This document shows, in pieces, positions 60,216 through 64,000 of a stretch of 64,000 nucleotides of DNA (the first letter of the stretch is position 1; each line of letters opens with the position of its first letter). The stretch spans positions 310,001-374,000 of the forward strand of contig NW_026933711.1 in assembly GCF_032062105.1 (NCBI RefSeq). The letters run 5' to 3'. The translations under genes and the position numbers were made by a program. The DNA comes from Saccostrea cucullata. Lineage: Eukaryota. The notes beneath the pieces were generated by a model. It saw only the letters and a list, made by a program, of their open reading frames with translations, searched no databases and had not been told where the DNA came from.

Positions 60216-61373
60216 CCAAGTTGACATGTGTTCTTGGCAGCAGTGGATTGCCTTAACAATTTTTTGCTAAGGATTGAAATGTTCTTAATTTTACTTTTTC
60301 TTAAGTGAAGATGTAATCAAATGAGTGTGTACCCACTGTGTTTAAGGCATGTCACAGGTCACCATGTTCAATTTCAGCAACATCTAGTGCCAAACATTTA
60401 AAAAAAAACTGTGATTTAGGAGATCTTTAAAAGTAAAAGAAGCTATTCTGAAAGATAAAAATCAAGCCTGCAACATCATCCTTGGCCTTGGCTTTATTTC
60501 ATTATGTGAGGTAATGTGTCATAGGGAGAAGTACGCTATGAGATGCATGCATTAGAATCTGGGTCGAGCCGTTTATTTGCATAATGTAAGAAACAGAAAT
60601 TTTTTTTGACAAGGTGCCCGAAATCTGCATGATACCTGGTGTAATCAGTTGTGATCTCGGTGGAGAATACTTTAGATGAAGAATGGAATCTCTATCTAGA
60701 AACTGAATGAGGGGAAGGGGTTATCTCAAAATAAACAGGGATTGTTGTTATTAGGATAATAGTTAAAAAAAAGAGATAATTTCTGATGACTTGGCTTTTT
60801 GTGAACATTATTTTTAAGGATTTCTCTATTAAAGTACATTGGATAGATCCAATCCCAGGGTACTATGATAAGCCTTACATGGACCATACTAGGCATGGAT
60901 AAGGCATTTAGGGATGAAGTCACTAACAAACTAGCCTATATTTGCCAGATGAGTGAATATTAGTACATGTACTAGCATGGACATAATATTATTCTAGGGG
61001 TGAAGTATACTTTTATCCTCTGTTGCACCAAGCCCTTACACTTATAGATATAATTTCATAATCTTTCATTACCCTATGTTTATAACAAAAGAACTCTTGT
61101 GTAACTTATGATATTTATTTGAAGAGATGAGATGTTAGCCTTGACAAATTTATGATTTTTAAGCTATAATGAACTTTAAATTAATGCTTCATTTTAATTT
61201 CTTTGAATCTTGTTTACATTAATTGGTCCATTTCAATGTAATAAATCCTTCTAAAATGAAAGCACTAAAATTGTTTGTTGCTTGAAAAAATACTTCAAAT
61301 CTTAAAAAAACTTAACCTTTTAAATAAGTGTTAGGTTGACAAATTTATGATTTTAAAATTATTTTGATGCTAA

Positions 61374-61631
61374 GGCCATGCAAAATTAATTCCTTGGTTC
61401 TCAGGCCTTTTTTCAAGAAATATGATGAGGGAGGGAGGCATTTTTTTTTACTTTTTATTGCCCCCGAAACATGATGAGGCTGCTTTTTACATTGTACAAA
61501 ACCTCAAAAAATGATGAGGGAGGTGATTTGTTGTTTTTATTTTATTGATTTAGCAATAAAAAGGGTCAATGAGGTGCCCTTGAAAGAGATGAGGGAGGGC
61601 CTGAGAACCAAGAAATTAATTTTTTTTGGCC
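61374..61631. mobile_element. PIF/Harbinger (Tourist-like) MITE
   Basis: taa|GGCCA...AATTAATTCCTTGGTTCTCAGGCC and GGCCTGAGAACCAAGAAATTAATT...TGGCC|taa. Confidence 0.75.
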
Positions 61632-61685
61632 TAATGATTAAAATTTTATAGGTAAATATTCAGTGAAGGGAACATTTCATATATT

Positions 61686-62973
61686 TTTGTCCCCCGCTTT
61701 CGCGAAAGCGAGGGGACATTAAATCTCATTCGTCTGTCTGTCTGTCCATCAGTTTGTCGGTCCGTCAGTCTGTCCGTCACAAAAACTTTAACCTTGCCCA
61801 TAACTTTTGATTTAGTAGAGCTATGACTTTCATATTTCAGATGTGTATTCCTTGTGACAAAACCTTTCTTTGGGTACCACCAAATTTGACCTTTTGACCT
61901 TGACCTTGGAGTTTGACCCACTTTTACACAGAAATTTCAAACTTTTACTTTGGCCATAACTTTTGAATGGAAGGTACTAGGACTTTCATATTTCACAAAT
62001 GTATTGTTTGTGGAAAGACCTTTCATTGGATACCAACATCCTTGACCTTTTGATCTTGACCTTGGAGATTTCCGTATCTATGAAAAAACTTTAACCTTGG
62101 CTATAACTTTTGAACAATAAGTACTACAGCTTTCATACTTCACATTTATAATCCTGATGAAAAGATCTTTCATTGGATACCAAGAACTTTTACCCTTTGA
62201 CCTTGACCTTGGAGTTTCAACTACTTTTTAAAAACTTTAACCTTGGTCACAACTTTTGTATTCCTTGTTGCAAGACATTTCATTGGATACCAACAACCTT
62301 GACTTTTTGACATTGACCTTGGAGATTTACTTACTTATGGAAAAACTTTAACCTTGACCATAACTTTTGAACGGTGAGGGCTAGGGCTTTCGTACTTCAC
62401 ATATGTAATCTTTTTGAGAAGACCTTTCATTGGATACCAACAACTTTTACCCTTTGACCTTGACATTGGAGTTTTAACTACTTTTAAAAAAAACTTTAAC
62501 TTTGGTCACAACTTTTGAACGGTAGATACTAGGACTTTTATATTTCACATATGTATTCTTTGTGACAAGTCCTTTCATTGGATATCAACAACTTTGACCG
62601 TTTGACCTTGACCTTAAAGATTTACGTACTCATGTAAAAACTTTAACCTTGACCACAACTTTTGAACGATAAGGGCTAGGGCTTTCATGCTTCACATATG
62701 TAATCCTTGTGAGAAAACATTTCATCAACAACTTTGACCCTTTGATCTTGACCTTGGAGTTGACCTACTTTTAAAAAACGTTAACTTTGGCCATAACTTT
62801 TTAACGGTCAGGATAAGGGTTTTCATCCTTCAAAAAAATCAACTTCAATGATAATTTCTATGAAATGACATATGATAGGATGTTCATATTAGACACAATA
62901 TGTCATAAAAAATAACATCTCACCAACAAAGACATTGAAAGCGGGGGACCACAATTCTTTGAATTTGCTTGTT
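61686..62973 (+). mobile_element. Non-autonomous Helentron with a ~147-bp array
   Basis: GTCCCCCGCTTT subTIR, microsatellite, TTGACCTT-rich monomers, 3' AAAGCGGGGGAC plus palindrome plus CTTGTT. Confidence 0.8.
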
Positions 62974-63121
62974 TATTATACATTTTAATTGTTCTAATAT
63001 ATTTATTTAAACCCATGCACTGTCTAAGTTTACCACTCCAATCAATCATAAGAAATAAAAAGAAAGTATTAATTTGAATAGAAGGTTGTCTGCATACACT
63101 ATAAACATACCCCTTTTGTTG

Positions 63122-63973
63122 TTGTCCCCCGCTTTCGCAAAAGCTAGGGGACATTAAATCTCATTCGTCTGTCCGTCAGTTTGTCAGTCTGTCCGTCACA
63201 AGAACTTTAACCTTGCCCATAACTTTTGATTTAGTGTAGCTATGACTTTGATATTTCACATGTGTATTCCTTGTGACAAGAACTTTCTTTGGGTACCACC
63301 AGATTTGACCTTTTGACCTTTACCTTGGAGTTTGACCCACTTCAACACAAAAATTCCAAACTTTTACTTTGGCCATAACTTTTGAATGGTAGATACTAGG
63401 ACTCTCATATTTCACATATGTATTCTTTGTGGCAAGACCTTTCATTGGATACCAACAACTTTGACCTTTTGACCTTGACCTTAGAGATTTCTGTACTTAT
63501 GAAAGAAATTTAACCTTGACCATAACTTTTGAATGGTAAGGGCTAGGGCTTTCATACTTCACATATGTAATTCTTGTGAGATGACCTTTCATTGGATACC
63601 AAGAACTTTAACCCTTTGACCTTGACTTTGGAGTTGACCTACTTCTAAAAAGTTTTAACCTTGGCCATAACTTTTGAACGGTTAGGGTTAAGGTTTTCAT
63701 CCTTCACAAATGTATTACTTGTAACAAAACCTTTCTTAAGAAACCAACAACTCAGACCCTTTCACCTTGGAGTTTGACCTAGCTTTCAAAAATTTATCCT
63801 CAACTATAACTTGAACAGGTGGTGCTAGGGATTTAGTATTTCACAATCGTATTTCTTGTGAGAAAAAACCTGCTTTGGGTAATAATATTATTATTTAATT
63901 TGCATTTAAGAAAAGTTTAATCTTCGTTATGTTGCCATACAGGGTCATCAGTGTTTCACAAACATATCTTGTT
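63122..63973 (+). mobile_element. Second copy of the same Helentron with a different 3' end
   Basis: Same 5' end and array; ends GTGTTTCACAAACATATCTTGTT. Confidence 0.75.
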
Positions 63974-64000
63974 CCTAATATATTAAGAAGAGATAGGGCT

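Overview
AT-rich, intron-containing animal genomic DNA. The repeat families (Cg170-like 166-bp satellite inside non-autonomous Helentrons, AcademH-like and hAT-like MITEs) point to a bivalve, most likely an oyster; this is inference. On the + strand lie the last six coding exons of an unidentified gene (335-5873, possibly TMEM131-like) and the first 18 coding exons of GEMIN5 (8688-40714, about 909 codons, all splice phases consistent). GEMIN5 appears to continue beyond the window through a >23-kb intron. Its introns hold many nested non-autonomous DNA transposons. The most unusual object is a 6.8-kb Ty3/Gypsy-type LTR element (42025-48813, - strand, TATA target-site duplication). It has THREE ~1.4-kb LTRs, two of them fused head-to-tail, a perfect tRNA-Leu PBS, a PPT, an intact gag and a protease apparently reached by -1 frameshifting, but no RT, RNase H or integrase. 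This is a PEG10-like gag-pro-only architecture in an element that appears to have integrated as a unit. All alignments and family calls were made by eye, without database searches.
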